Shown piece by piece: positions 13,301 to 26,344 of a stretch of DNA of 64,000 nucleotides. A program made the position numbers and the translations under genes. The stretch is from Mobula hypostoma. Lineage: Eukaryota. The notes beneath the pieces were generated by a model. That model had not been told where the DNA came from, ran no database searches, and saw only the letters and a program-made list of their open reading frames with translations. Positions within the stretch are counted from its first letter, which is position 1. Each line of letters starts with the position of its first letter. The stretch covers positions 239,012,001 through 239,076,000 of the forward strand of contig NC_086097.1 of NCBI RefSeq assembly GCF_963921235.1, read 5' to 3'.

Positions 13301-14069
13301 AGACGTGGTTACTGCTCTTTCCCCTGCTTTCCTTTAATTTGCTCTTACTAAGCAATCCCAAACACCAACTGGCTGTTGGTCAAAGCTCTGTTATGCTGCT
13401 GCCTTTGTTTCCTTTGGCAGTGGAGCTGATTGAAGTCCCCTCTCTTCAAACTTCTGATGTCCGAATTGGCCGTTGGTCAAAGCTCTATTATCTGTTCTGT
13501 CTGGTCTCTATTTTACTATTCTGAAGGGCATTTTAAGTTTAATCTTCAAAGCATGTTCAGATCTGAAGGTTGGTCATTGATGTCAATATTCGATATATGG
13601 CCTAACCCCAAAAATGCTCCAACAGGCATGAACTATATGGGCTAAATGGCCTGTTCCTGAGCTGTAGTACTCTACGACTCTATGACTTTGACAACCTAAA
13701 AATCAATGCATGCCATTTATTTTTGGTTTTAAAAAGAGTTACAGGCTACCTTAACATTGCTTGTGATAAATTGGGCATTCAGTAAGAACTTCAATTGCTA
13801 GGTTCACAGAACAGTGTCATTGAGTCTCCCTTGGTAATATTAAAGTGACACTAACATCATCACTTCACCGTGGCAATCCCTATTAATGTGTTCCAAGCTC
13901 TGCTGATTGCCAGCATTTAGCCCAGCAGGTATGATCTCTGTAACTAGCACTTAAAATGACAAGTATAATCTTCTAGTTACACGGAAACATAGAATGGATC
14001 CTGCAAAGAGAGGAGGTGAGTTGGGAGGGCACTTCCAAAGGAGCAGAGAAATCTATACCTACCTGAAGA

Positions 14070-14690
14070 ACAACGCCCACAGAAGGTTTTATTCTCATCT
14101 ATCAAACGGGCTTCTGTTTCCTCGGGGGACTAAAGAAAGTTGGCATGTCCCCATCGACTCCTACCATGTTTTATTGAAGTATCACAGAAAGTGTCCTGTC
14201 AGGATGCTTCACGCCTTGGAATGGCAACTGCCCTGCGCATGACCACAAGTTGTGGACACAGTTCAGCAGATGACAGGAACCAGCCTCCCCTCTATGAACT
14301 CTGTCTATCTTTGTTGCTGTCACTGTAAGGTGGTCAGAGTAATCAAAGAGCCCACCCACCCAGAGCATGATGTCTTCCCTCCTCTTCCAACAGGCAGAAG
14401 ATCAAAAAGCCTTAAAGCACGAACCACCAGGCTCAAAGACAGCTTCTATCCCACTGTAATCAAACTCTTGAACTGACCTCTTGTAGAATAAGATGGATTC
14501 TTGGACTCACAATCTACTTTGTTATGATTTTCCACTTCTTCACTTTGTTTGCACTGCCCTCTTCTGGTAGCTTTTACACTTCATTCCACACTCTTGTTGT
14601 TTCACTGTGTAATGATTTGATCTGGATGAACAGCATGCAAGACAAGATTTTCACTGTTCCTTGGTACATGTGACAGTAACAAACCAATAA
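14070..14690 (+). mobile_element. Rex1/Babar-like LINE 3' fragment
   Basis: ORF 14252-14476 (IKEPTHP.H..F.PLPTGRR.KSLKARTTRLKDSFYPTVIKLLN) plus 3' UTR. Confidence 0.75.
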
Positions 14691-14894
14691 AATGATTTTT
14701 AAAAAACCACGCGGGTAACAGCTAACCACTCGATTGCGATGTTGGCTGAAATTTTTCTGTAAGATCACGAGTGCAGTCTATGAATGCTTTCACTCTGCAG
14801 GAGATTGCATCACAGGCAATTTGTTGTGTCCACTCTAATTACTAATACAAATTAGAGTTTTCGGTGAGTGAAAAAAAAATTGTACAAGTTGAAC

Positions 14895-15312
14895 ATATAG
14901 AAAAGCACGTCTTGAGATGAAGTTGAGCAAGCGAGGGCGTTACTCTTTGGAGCAAAAGCAGGATGAGAGGTGACTTGATAAAGATGTACAATATGATAAG
15001 AAGCATAAATTGAGTGGCTGGTCAGAGACTTATTCCCTGGGTGAGGAGGCATTATTTTAAGGTGATTGGAAGAAAGTCCAGGGGGGATGTCAGAGGTAGA
15101 TTTTTTTTACATAGAAAGTGATGAGTGTGTGGAATGCCATTCCAGGGGTGGTGGTAAGGAGACATTTAAGAAACTATTAGATATGTACATGAATGTTAGA
15201 AAAATGAAGGGAAATATGGCAGGAAAAGATTAGATTGATCTTAGAGTAGGTTAAAAGTTGGCACATCATCATGGGTCAAAGGGTCAGTAGTGTGCTGGAA
15301 TGTCTTATGTTG
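14895..15312 (+). mobile_element. CR1-like 3' fragment
   Basis: Similar to the CR1 3' ends at 4190-4600 and 11333-11700. Confidence 0.65.
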
Positions 15313-15711
15313 TATGAAAAGCATCAGATACAAGGCATTCTGAATGACAAAAGAGATGCTGGAAATAGCAAGCTTGTGCAATTGTACTTGATCTTTTTCC
15401 TATCCCTTTTACTTAGCAGATGAGGATTTAAACAGTTACTGATGATGAAGTACTGAAAGGAAAGCATCATCCCGCCATGACTGGAGCTGTCGGCTGTAGA
15501 AAACAACTGGTGGGGCTTGAATGATGGCGGCCTTACACTCAGCAGATGTTCAAGGTTTTAGCATAACTGCCTCTGGAAGAATCTTCACAGTATCCTCATG
15601 TAGCAATGGCGACAGAAAGAATGATCATCCTTGCATACACTAATGGGCTGGGTTTCTGTGTAGGAGCCTTCTCATGAGAGAAAGTTTGCCTGCTATAATT
15701 CCATAAGTTAA

Positions 15712-15950
15712 CCAGATCTGTGGAATTAACCAGAATCTGTGGAATTCTCTGCCACAGGAAACAATTGAGGCCAGTTCATTGGCTATATTTAAGAGGGAGT
15801 TAGATATGGCCCTTGTGGCTAAAGGGATCAGCGGGTATGGAGGGAAGGCTGGTACGGGGTTCTGAGTTGGATGATCAGCCATGATCATACTGAATGGCGG
15901 TGCAGGCTCGAAGGGCCGAATGGCCTACTCCTGCACCTATTTTCTGTGTT
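15712..15950 (+). mobile_element. Young CR1-like 3' end
   Basis: aatctgtggaattctctgccacag...gaatggcctactcctgcacctattttct. Confidence 0.75.
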
Positions 15951-16004
15951 TCCAGATGTAGAATCTAGGCTGCTTTGATGTATTTGTGTCCATAAAAAGT
16001 GTGA

Positions 16005-16166
16005 TAGAGAGAGAGAGACAGACAGAGGGATAGGGAGAGGGAGAAAAATAGAGAGAGAATGTGTGTGTGTGAGAAACAGACACAGAGACAGAGAGACAAA
16101 GAGGAAAAGAGAGAGAGGAGATAGGGAGAGGGATACAGAGAAGAGAGAGAGAGAATGAGAGAGAAA
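16005..16166. repeat. (GA)n-rich imperfect microsatellite
   Basis: Direct reading: gagagagagagacagacagagggatag... Confidence 0.9.
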
Positions 16167-16504
16167 GGGTTGACAAGACAGCTTTTTATTGTTCTCATAG
16201 CGATAACATTCGGTCATAAAATTGAATTCAATTGAAATGAATTGACTTTTTTCTTACATCTTTCACATATATGAGGAGTAAAAATACTTACGTTACGTCT
16301 CCATCTAAATATGCAAGCATTATCCGAAGATTTATTCAGAAATATTGATATGTAATGGTTTAAGTATCCTTGTTTCAATAACAAAGAGAAAATGCTTAAT
16401 GTTTTTATTTCTCAAGCTAAAATGTTAATTAGTATTTCCCTTGAACCTCCTTTAAATGTAAAATCATATTGGAGCAAATTGTCCTTACCTCACCTCTATT
16501 AGAC

Positions 16505-16845
16505 GTGAGACATTGGAGCAGAATTAGGCCACTCAGCCATTGAGTCTGCTCCACCATTTCATCATTGTTGATCCATTTCCCTTTCAACCCCATTCTCTTG
16601 CTTTCTCCCAATATCCTCTCACGCCATGACTAATTAAGAACCTGTCAAACGCCACCTTCAAGGCACCCAATGACCTGGCCTCCACAGCCACCTGTGGCAA
16701 CAAATTCCACAGACTCACCTCTCTCTAGCTAAAGAAATTCCTCCTCATCCCCAATCTAAATGGACATCTCTCTATTTTGAGGCTGTGCTCTCTGCTCCTA
16801 AACTCCCTCACTGAAGGAAACATCCTCTTCACATGTACTTTATCT
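16505..16845 (-). mobile_element. CR1-like 3' end
   Basis: Same family as 23660-24150, 25660-25970 and 38605-39300. Confidence 0.7.
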
Positions 16846-16964
16846 TTTAAGGTCACACCAAATTACTTGGTCCAAGGTCATAGCTTCGGAATATTAAAAA
16901 CTGCAGCAAATAGCTGACAGAAACCCAGACAGAAAGAGGGAAAAGAGCTGAAATACTCACTTAT

Positions 16965-17185
16965 TTATTTATTTTTCATTACGATACAGTGAGGAATAGG
17001 CTATTCTGGCCCCTCGACCCACGCCACCCAGCAATTCCCCGATTCAATCCTTGCCCAATCATGGGACAATTTACAGTGATCAATTAACCTACCAAATGGT
17101 ATGTCTTTGGACTGTGGGAGGAAACTGGAGCAGCTGAAGAAAACCGAAGCGTTCTCAGGGAGAATGTATGGACAGCGGTGGTGAG
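16965..17185 (-). mobile_element. HE1/V-SINE-like SINE fragment
   Basis: Central motif (minus strand) tttcctcccacagtccaaagacatac...ggtaggttaattg; recurs at 25385-25595, 34000-34260, 41860-42455 and 56710-56960. Confidence 0.6.
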
Positions 17186-17409
17186 TGTGTGAAACATGGT
17201 GTTAATTCAAAGCAGGAACAGCAATTTCTAAGAATTGTATCAATTACATTTGATCTTAAAAGTCCTCCCAACCATAAATTAGTTTCAGTTGGGAAGGGTG
17301 ACGTGGAGGTCACACTTCATCAGATTATTGGCGAACTGACCCCAGGACAAATATGACAGCAAGTTAATGTGGGGCTCAGTTCATAGCAAGGAAAAAGGTC
17401 GTATCTTAA

Positions 17410-17915
17410 AGCACAAAAAATTCTGCAGATGCTGAAATCCAGAGCAACATACGTCAAATGCTAGAGGAGCTCTGCGGGTCAGGCAGCTTCAATGGAGAAG
17501 AAAGGAAGGGGAAGGAAACCAGAATAAGAAGGCGGGGGGGGGGGAAGGGAAGGTATACAGGTTGGCAGGTGTTAGGTGAAGCCAACTTCAGGTAAGGGTA
17601 AACACGAGAAAGTCTGCAGATGCTGGAAATCCAAAGCACCACTCAAAAATGCTGGGGGAACTCAACAGGTCAGGCAGTGGAAATGAATAAGCAATCAACG
17701 TTTCAGGTCAAGACTCTTCTTCAGGACTGAAAAGGAAGGGGTAGATGCCAGAATAAAAAAATGGTGGGGGAGGGGGGAAAGGCTAGCTGGAAGGTGACAC
17801 CAGGTGGGTGGGAAGGGTAAAGGGCAGGACGAGGAAGAAATTGATAGGAGAAGAGAATGGGCCAGAGGAGAAAAGGGAAGAAGGAACCCAGGAAGAGATG
17901 ACAGTCAGGTAAGGG
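17410..17915 (-). mobile_element. Two tandem Penelope-like 3' tails
   Basis: The tail ctgcagatgctggaaatcc...aaatgctgg.ggaactc occurs twice; decayed hammerhead motif at 17692-17729. Confidence 0.7.
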
Positions 17916-18225
17916 CATTTCATCACAGAATATGGAAATTTGTTCTATTTTCATTTACTGCAAATCTCCCTTCTGCACAGTCAGTGGTAATAAAAGTACA
18001 AATTAATCTGTAAACAATTTGTAATTTGTAATCACAGTCCTATAATCTTGCAAACTTGATAGCAAATGATTGGGAAAAAGAATTTAAAGCAGCTATTGTT
18101 TTATTCTTAATTATATTTAAATTATTTCTGAAATCACTTTAAAAGTCACCAGGAACTGAAGTTTATGTTTGGATGGAGCTTTTTACAGATACGCAGAAAG
18201 TCAAACGAGGTGAACAGGTTCAATT

Positions 18226-18690
18226 CAACACTCACAACATGCTGGAGGAACTCAGCGGGTCGGGCAGCATCCGTGGAAACGAACAGTCAATGTTTCGGGC
18301 CAAGACCCTTCGTCAGGAATGAAGAGGGAGTGGGCAGAGGCCCTATAAAGAAGGTGGGGGGAGGATGGGAAGGAGAAGGCAGGTAAGTGCCAGATGAAAA
18401 ACCAGTAAGGGGAAAGATCAAGGGGTGGGAGAGGGGAAGCAGGGAAGGGATCAGCAGGAAAGGTGAAGAAGGAATGGGGGAAAGCACAATGGGTAGTAGA
18501 AGGAGGTGGAACTAAGACAGAGGTGATAGGCAGCTGGAGGAGGGGGCAGAGTGAAACTGGGATGGGGGAAGGGAAGGGGAGGGAATTACCAGAAGTTGGA
18601 GAATTCAATGTTCATGCCCAGGGGCTGAAGACTACTCAGGTGGTACATGAGGTGTTGCTCCTGAGTTTGGCCTCATCATGGCAGTAGAGG
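18226..18690 (-). mobile_element. Young Penelope-like element 3' fragment
   Basis: Minus strand encodes a GIY-YIG C-terminus (EQHLMYHLSSLQPLGMNIEFSNFW*), UTR and hammerhead motif at 18284-18320; closely similar to 32590-32998. Confidence 0.8.
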
Positions 18691-19300
18691 TTCAATTTCC
18701 TGGGTGTCAACTTCTTGGCGAATTTAACCTGAGCTCAACACACTGAAGCAGTCACAAAGAAGACATGCCAGTGGCTTTACCTTGTTAGGAATATGAGGAG
18801 ATTTAGTATTCCACCAAAGATTCTATCAAATTTCTGTGTATATATATATATATATATGGTGGAGGGCATTCTGACTGGTTTCAACACAATCTGGTGTGAA
18901 GGCTCCAATCCACAGGATCACAAGAGGCCACAGAGTGTTGCAGACTCACCCAGCTCTATCAGGGACATGACCTTCCCCACCAGCAAAGTCATCTTCAAAA
19001 TGAGATGCCTCTGAAAGGTGGCATCTATCATTAAGGACCCTCGCCACCAAGCCATTGCCCTCTTCACATTACTACCATCAGAGTGGAGGTCCAGGAGCAT
19101 GAAAACTCACTCTCAACCATTTACAAACAGCTTCTTTTTCCCTGCCATCAAATTTTTGAACAGTTTTCTGAACCTATACATTCTTTATTCCTTTTTTTGC
19201 AGTATTTATTTATTAAGTAATTTTTTATGTCTTTGCTGCTGCAGAACAGTAAATTTCATGTCATATAAGTCTGTGATAATGAATCTGATTCTGATTCTCA
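18690..19300 (+). mobile_element. Rex1/Babar-like LINE 3' fragment containing a (TA)n tract at 18838-18856
   Basis: ORFs 18793-19014 and 19018-19377 (VEGILTG..TIW.EG; ASIIKDP.H...ALF.LLPS). Confidence 0.7.
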
Positions 19301-19642
19301 TTCTGAAAAATAGTAACAGCACAGTAAGAGCCGATATTCCAAGAGATGAACACGTATTTGATAGGAATGACGGATAATTATAAGAACAGCAAAGATAAGG
19401 AAGTAAGACACATTGAAACAAAGACTTAGAGAGATAGTTCCAGATAATTAAAAAGCATCACCACCAGTGTGACAAAGGAATTGAGACATGATGCATAGGA
19501 AGGAAGAGTTTGGGGAGGATGATGAGCTATATGACCAGAGGAATAACAAGAGAAAAAAATAAGCAGAAAGGATCTGAAGAATTTAACATCAGATCATGCA
19601 TAGAAGTACATGTAGGCCATTCTGCCCCTCATTATTGTTCTA

Positions 19643-19832
19643 TCACAAACAAGAGAAAAAGTGTAGATGCTGGAAATCCAAGTAACATACACAAAATGCT
19701 GGAGGAACTCAGCAGGCAATGCAGCATCGATGGAAAAGAATACAGTTAAAGTTTTGGGCCGAGACCCTTCGTCGACTGTATTCTTTTCCATCGATGCTGT
19801 CCGACCTGCTGAGTTTCTCCATCATTTTGTGT
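19643..19832. mobile_element. Fold-back Penelope-like tail flanked by a 14-bp duplication
   Basis: Perfect 25-bp inverted arms 19722-19746 / 19775-19799; cctcattattgttc at 19627-19640 and 19839-19852. Confidence 0.8.
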
Positions 19833-19919
19833 CTATTGCCTCATTATTGTTCCTCCATTCCATGTGATAATAGTTTTACATTGGTGATACTTGCCTGTAT
19901 TGATCCAATATCCTTGTAT

Positions 19920-20345
19920 ATCAGAATTAGGTTTAATATCACCAGCATATGTTGCGATATTTGTTAACTTTGCAGCAGCAGTACAATTGAATATATGATA
20001 AATATAAAAAAGAATGAATTACAGTAATTATATACATGTACATTAAATAATTAATTTAAAATAAGTAGTGTAAAAACCGAAATAATAAGAAGTAATAAAG
20101 TCGTGTTCATGGGTTCAATATCCATTCAGAAATCTGATGGCAGAGGGGAAGAAGCTTTTCTTGAATCATTGAGTGTGCGCCTTCAGGCTCCTGTATCTCC
20201 TTTCCGATGGTAAGAGGGCATGTCCTGGGTGGTGGGGATCCTTAATGTTAGTGGCCAACTTCCTGAGGCACTGCTCCTTGAAGATACCTTTGACACCATG
20301 GAGGCTGGTACCCATAACGAAGCTGACTAATTTTACAGCCTTCTG
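19920..20345 (-). mobile_element. Rex1/Babar-like LINE 3' end
   Basis: ORF 20166-20375 (CLRKLATNIKDPHHPGHALLPS.RRYRSLKAHT). Confidence 0.7.
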
Positions 20346-20810
20346 AAGAAGTATTGAGAAAATATGTGTGAACATGGTGATATAGTGGTTTGCATATTGC
20401 TATGCTGTGCCAGCTGCAAGATCAAGATGAGGTCCCGGTGGAAGACAGATTAAGGAAAAGCTCACAGTTCCAGGGACAGAATATAAGATACAGACTTACA
20501 TCGAGGCAGTGAAATGAAAACAGAGTACAGTTAGGGAAAGTGCAGAGAAGATAGACAAATAAAATGCAAGAGTCACAAAGAGGTAGATTGGGAGGTTTCG
20601 AGTTAAAACGTTCATCTTTAAATACATGAGAAATCTATTCAAGAGTTTGATAACAATTCTGGATTGAATGCTAAGCATGGAGACAGCAAGGGACTAGTGC
20701 AGGGGATGATGCAAGACATTAGAACATAAACTGTTGAAATTAATCTCATTTCGTTCGATAATGTTGCAAAAAGTACCCTGTTAATAAGGAAGTCCAAAGG
20801 ATCAAATATA

Positions 20811-21340
20811 TACTCAGTAAATACTTTATTAAGTTCCTTCTGTACCTCAGAGAGTGGACACTGAGTGTATATCTGTCATCTTCTACTGCTGTCACCTATC
20901 CACTTCAAGGTTCAACATATTGTGTGTTCAGGGACGCTCTTCTGCACACAGTTGTTAGAATGCTTGGTTATTTGAGTTACTGTCACCTTCCTGACAGCTT
21001 GAACCAGTCTAGCTATTCTCCTCTGATCTCTTTTGTTTTTTGCCCACAGAACTGCCACTGCTGGATTTTTTTTTTTTTTTGCATTTTTTGCACCATTCCC
21101 TGTAAACTATAGAGAATGTTGTGTGTGAAAATCCCAGGAGATCAGCAGATTCTGAGATACTCAAACCAACCAGTGCACCAATGATCATTCTACGGTCAAA
21201 GTCTCTTAGGTCACATTTCTTTCCCATTTGGATGTTTGATCTCAAAACAACTGAACCTCTTGACCATGTCTGCATGCTTTTATGCATTGAGTTGCTGCCA
21301 CATGATTGGCTGATCAGACATTTACATTAACAAGCAGGTT
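20811..21340 (-). mobile_element. Non-autonomous Tc1/mariner-like DNA transposon remnant
   Basis: Reverse complement of 42925-43567. ORF 21009-21287 has a Tc1 N-terminal remnant (MGKKCDLRDFDRRMIIGA..GLSISESADLLGFSHTTFS.VYREW). Confidence 0.75.
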
Positions 21341-23659
21341 ACGTTAACAATAAAGATTCTCTCTGTTTTCTCTAGCTCCATACCCGAACCAGAAAAAAAA
21401 CGGAGTGGGACAGGAAGAGAAGCACTTTGTGGACTACATGGAAAACAAATAATGGCAGTCCTTCCAAGATGAGAAACAGGAGTTAGGAAATCTGAAATAA
21501 ACCAAAAAAAAAAGCTGGAAACACTCAGCAGTTCAGGCAGCATCTGAGAAGCGGATAGTGCCTCAGGTCGAAGACCATCAGAACTAGGAAAATGATAGTG
21601 GCTGGGGGAGAATAGATAGGGCAAAGGGAATGTTTATGTATGGTTCAAAGTTGAAAGTAAATCTATTATCAAAGTATGCATATGTCACCATAAGATTCAT
21701 TTTCTTGCAGGCATACTCAATAAATCCATAATAGAGTCAATGAAAGACCACGCAACTTGAACATACAACCAGTGTATAAAAGACAACAAGCTGTGCAAAT
21801 AAAAAATAATAAGAATAAATAAGCAATAAATATCAAAAACATTGGATGAAGAGTTTTTGAAAGTGAGTCTATAGGTTGTGGGAACATTTCAATTATGAGG
21901 AAAGTGAAGCTGTGCAAAGCCATCGCCTTCGGATCAAGAGCTAGGTTTGCTTGTCTTATCCAGAATGTTTTCTAGGCTCTCTTGCTACTAGTTTAAGGAG
22001 GGAAGTCGGGGGATAAAAAAAAAACAAACAAGGGATCATGCAAAAGCTGTGAACTACACTTCAGAGCTGTTGCTGAAATGTGAAACCAAAAGTAAGATGC
22101 TGGAAATACAAATGGATCAGGTAGTATCTGCTGAGAGCAGAAATGCTGAGTTAATATTGCAGATGGGTAGTGTTACAAGTTAATGTGTAGCCCTTCCCAC
22201 CATTGAGCACATCAACAGAAAGCATTTTCATAGGAAAGCAGCATCCATCATCAGGACCCCGCCCCCCCCCCACCATCCAGGTAACAGAAGCCTCAGGACT
22301 CACACCACCAGGTTCAGAAACAGTTATTACCCCTCAACCATCAGGCTCTTGAACCAAAGGGGATAACTTCACTCAACCTCACTTGCTCCGTCACTGAAAT
22401 TTTCCCACAACAAATGGACTCATTTTCCCATGTTCTCAATATGTATTATTATTATTATTGTTATTTCATTTTTTTATATTTTCACAGTTTGTTGTCCTTT
22501 GCACATTGGTAGGACACCCAGCTTGATGTGGTCTTTCAGTGATTCTGTTAAAATTACTATTCTATTATAGATTTATTGAGTATGCCTGCAAGAAAACAAA
22601 TCTTGGGATCATATATGTTGACATTTATGTACTTTGATAATAAATTTACTTGGAACTTTAAACTTTGACTTTGTTGGCTGGTGTGATACAAATTGGCAAA
22701 CCCAGTTATCTGAAATTGTTGAATTCAAAATTGAGTCCTGTATCCTCCAACTTGTCGAGATGAAAATTGAAATGCTGTTCATCCAATATGTTGGGCTTTG
22801 TTGGAATAGTGTATGAGGACACAGGCAGATATCTAAGAGTGGGAATAGGACAGAAAATTAAAGTGATATCATCAAAGTACAGACACAGCCATAAGCTGCA
22901 GAACAGATGTAGTGAATAAGATAATACACTACATTCAGTGTTGTTATTGATGATTTCTGTCTAGTCTGCCATTTTCCCCTTATTTTTATTAATACACGTC
23001 TTGGTGGGAATGACAAATATGAATCTCCCATGTTTGAAATTTTTATAAAGACACAAATGGAATTTTTAGACTGGATCTGCATTGTACAATAGAAGAAGAA
23101 CTTCTTGGAGACAATGTTATAAAAGGAAAAGAAGAGGAAGATCCAGTTGAGAAAGTCGAATTAATACAGGCAGGGGATAAGTGAATTAGAACATCAAAAG
23201 TAATGGGAGGGTGACAATTGCTCTGGAGAGCTGTGAGAAATGAAACAAAGGACAACATGAAGTCACCAAAGGTCTGATGCCTTGAACAATGCTGAGTTCA
23301 TTTTAATGAGAACATCAAGAAGGAATAATGAAGGGAGGAGATTCAACAACTTTAAGTACACTTTAGCATTTCTTCACTCAAATAAAATTTTCACTGTGTT
23401 TTGACATAGTTATGCAAATTTTTATTTTTACGTAATTGGTCCTCTACGTCACATACACTCCCAGTGCGTTCCGTGATAAATATATTAAATTAGATTTACC
23501 CCTGAGACATGGCACAATTCCAGTAGAACGTCACACTGATTATCTCTTGTTGCAATTGACAACCCATTTGAAAGGAACTACATTTTATTCTATGTTTATG
23601 ATTCTAGAATCAGAAGACGTCACTTTAAAATTGTGTCATGAGTGTCACAAAGACCATAC

Positions 23660-24150
23660 AACCATAAGATATAGGAGCAGAATTAGTCTGTTTGTTCCAT
23701 CGAGTCTGCTCATCATGGTTGATCCATTTTCCCTCTTAGCTCCAATCTTCTGCCTTCTCCCCATATCCTTTCAAGCCCCGAAAAATCAAGAATCTTTCAA
23801 GTCCTGCCTTAAATATACCCAATGACTTTGCCTCTACAGCCACCTGTGGCTACAAATTCCGTAGATTCACCACCCTCTAGCTAAAGAAATTCCTCCTTAT
23901 CTCCATTCTAAAAGGATGCCCCATTATTTTGAGTCTGTGTTGTCTGGTCTGAGACTCCCACACAGAAGGAAGCATCCTCTCCACTTCCACTCTATCAAGG
24001 TCTTTCAATATTCAATAAGTTTCCATGAGGTCACCTCTCATTCTTCTGAACACCAGTGAGTAGAGGCCCAGAACCATCAAATTCTGCTCATATAATTAGC
24101 CTTTCAATCCTGGAATCATTTTTGTAAACCTCCTTTGAACCCTTTCCGAT
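23660..24150 (-). mobile_element. CR1-like 3' end
   Basis: ccataagatataggagcagaattag... tail family plus RT C-terminal remnant. Confidence 0.7.
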
Positions 24151-25384
24151 ATCAGACATGAATACTAGTTTCTGTTTTGTGTTGCCAGTTGAGTGATGCT
24201 GCCTCTATCACCATGAAACCTGACCTACAGTAAATCCTATGAACAGCCTGCTTTGCTGGAAAATTATCAAGGAGATTCGTAATTTTCAATTTTTTATTGA
24301 TCAAGAAATTCCTCCATGGAAACCAATATAAAAAGATCCTTTGGATTATGGGCCAGTTCACATTCAAGTTAAATGTTAAAGATTGCAAGCTGAAGAAAAA
24401 ATATGCACTATTTGCAACAAGCATTTATTCTAGCCATAATTAAAATTTGACTAAAATATGAAAACCTTGAATAAGAACAGTTACAACCTCTGCTTGTTTA
24501 TAAAACTGTTTGGTTCACTTTCTGATCTGGTTTATTTACCATTGAGACAATACTACACACCCTTCACTAGGAATATGAAGGTATCAGACGATAAGTCCAT
24601 TTTAGATTATCTCAAATGAGTATTTATTAGATATTGAACTAACAAGTATTGGGGCAGTGAGTTCCCGATGATATTGGTCTTTAAGGCTTGGCAGGGGAAT
24701 CGTTTTGTGGCTGCTTGTAAGGGCATGAATCTCAAGGTTGTATAAAATATGCATACTTTGATAATAAATGTACTTTGAACTTTGCTGATTACCAATCAAA
24801 TGAGCCACTCAGTTCATCAGAATGAAGCCTGCAGGTTAGAATGGAATGGATACCAGTCAGATAAATTGCCAGGGTGATCCAGATTATTTCTGAGAAGATA
24901 ATTGAACAGCTACCTTCATGGGATCCATTCCTTTCCCCTATGTTCCTAAGGAACTGATTATAGCCTGCATATCACACACTTGACTAGTTCCTAATTAAAA
25001 AGCAATCAGTAGCAATAGGTTTCCACTTTAACAGAAACCCATTACTAGACAATCACGGCTGGAGTCCTTGAAAAGTAGAGCTGTCCACATCGTCAGTGTG
25101 CATAAGTGAATTCAATTGCCGTTCCGCCCTGTGCAGCATCATGACAAGGCACTGAAGCAGACTTGTGTTCATCCTCTTAAGTACATGTTCTCAAAGTTCC
25201 ATAATCCTCTGTTGTTGCATTGAAGCTTCTACTTACAACCACCACCAGGCTCGTGATGTGGTATGGATAACTTCATTGATCACCGCTCGGAACTGATTTT
25301 ATGCTCTGCATACTCACTTTCACGGGCTCTTTACAACTCATGTTCTCAATATTGTTTTTACTTTCACAGCTTGGTTTTATTTAT

Positions 25385-25595
25385 TTTTATTTTATTGCAA
25401 TACAGCACAGAATAGGCCCTTCCGACCCTTCGAGCTGCGCCGCCCAGCAACCCCCAGAACTAACCCTAGGCTAATCACGGAACAATTTTCAATGACCAAG
25501 TAACCGACCACTGGTGTGTCCTTGGACCGTGTGAGGAAAGCGAAGCACCCAGGGGAAAGCCACGCCATCACGGGAAGAACGTACAAACTCCTTAG
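25385..25595 (-). mobile_element. HE1/V-SINE-like SINE fragment
   Basis: Homologous to 16965-17185 and 34000-34260. Confidence 0.6.
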
Positions 25596-25659
25596 AGTTG
25601 GTCAGTCGTTAACTATTATAGATTTGGGTAAAATTTTATTGTATTTCCTTTTTCCTATA

Positions 25660-25972
25660 AATGCCATAAGACCAGAAGACAAAGGAGCAGAAGTTGGCCA
25701 CTTGGCCCATCGAGTCTGCTCCACCATTTTATCGTGAGTAGATCCATTCTCCCATTTAGTCCCACTCCCCTGTCTTCTCACCATAACCTTTGACGCCCTG
25801 GCTACTCAGATACCTATCAATCTCTGCCTTAAATACACCCAATGACTTGGCCTCCACTGCCGCCCGTGGCAACAAATTCCATAGATACACCACACTCTGG
25901 CTAAAAAAATGTCTTCGCATCTCTGTTCTGAATGGGCGCCCTTCAATCCTTAAGTCATGCCCTCTCGTACTC
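25660..25972 (-). mobile_element. Young CR1-like 3' end
   Basis: ORF 25756-26064 contains STRGHDLRIEGRPFRTEMRRHFFSQSVV.LWNLLP. Confidence 0.8.
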
Positions 25973-26344
25973 ACATACATGCCTGCAATTAAATGACTCT
26001 CGAGGTAGTATATAGTATAACGTACATGAACTTTGATAATAAATTTACTTTGAACTTTGAACATACAAAGTTCACAGCACCAGAGCTACAACATCAATTA
26101 AAAAGCTAAGAGATTCTTCTCCAAACAAAATTCCTCAATAATTGCTTCAGTAGCTAATAAGACAGTTGAGAATACACTTGGTTAATAACTTGGCAGATGA
26201 TGTCGATCATGAGCCAGTAGCAAGGTAATGGACGTTCAGATTTCTATATCCAATGGTGATGAATACGTATCAAGTTAGAGCAGAATGGACCATGTATTCA
26301 ACATAACTGGAATGTCATCCCGTTATAGAAATGGTACAGAGTAG

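Noticed and set aside
15885..16217. Ser/Leu-rich ORFs in three frames
   Set aside because: These are translations of a (GA/TC)n microsatellite.
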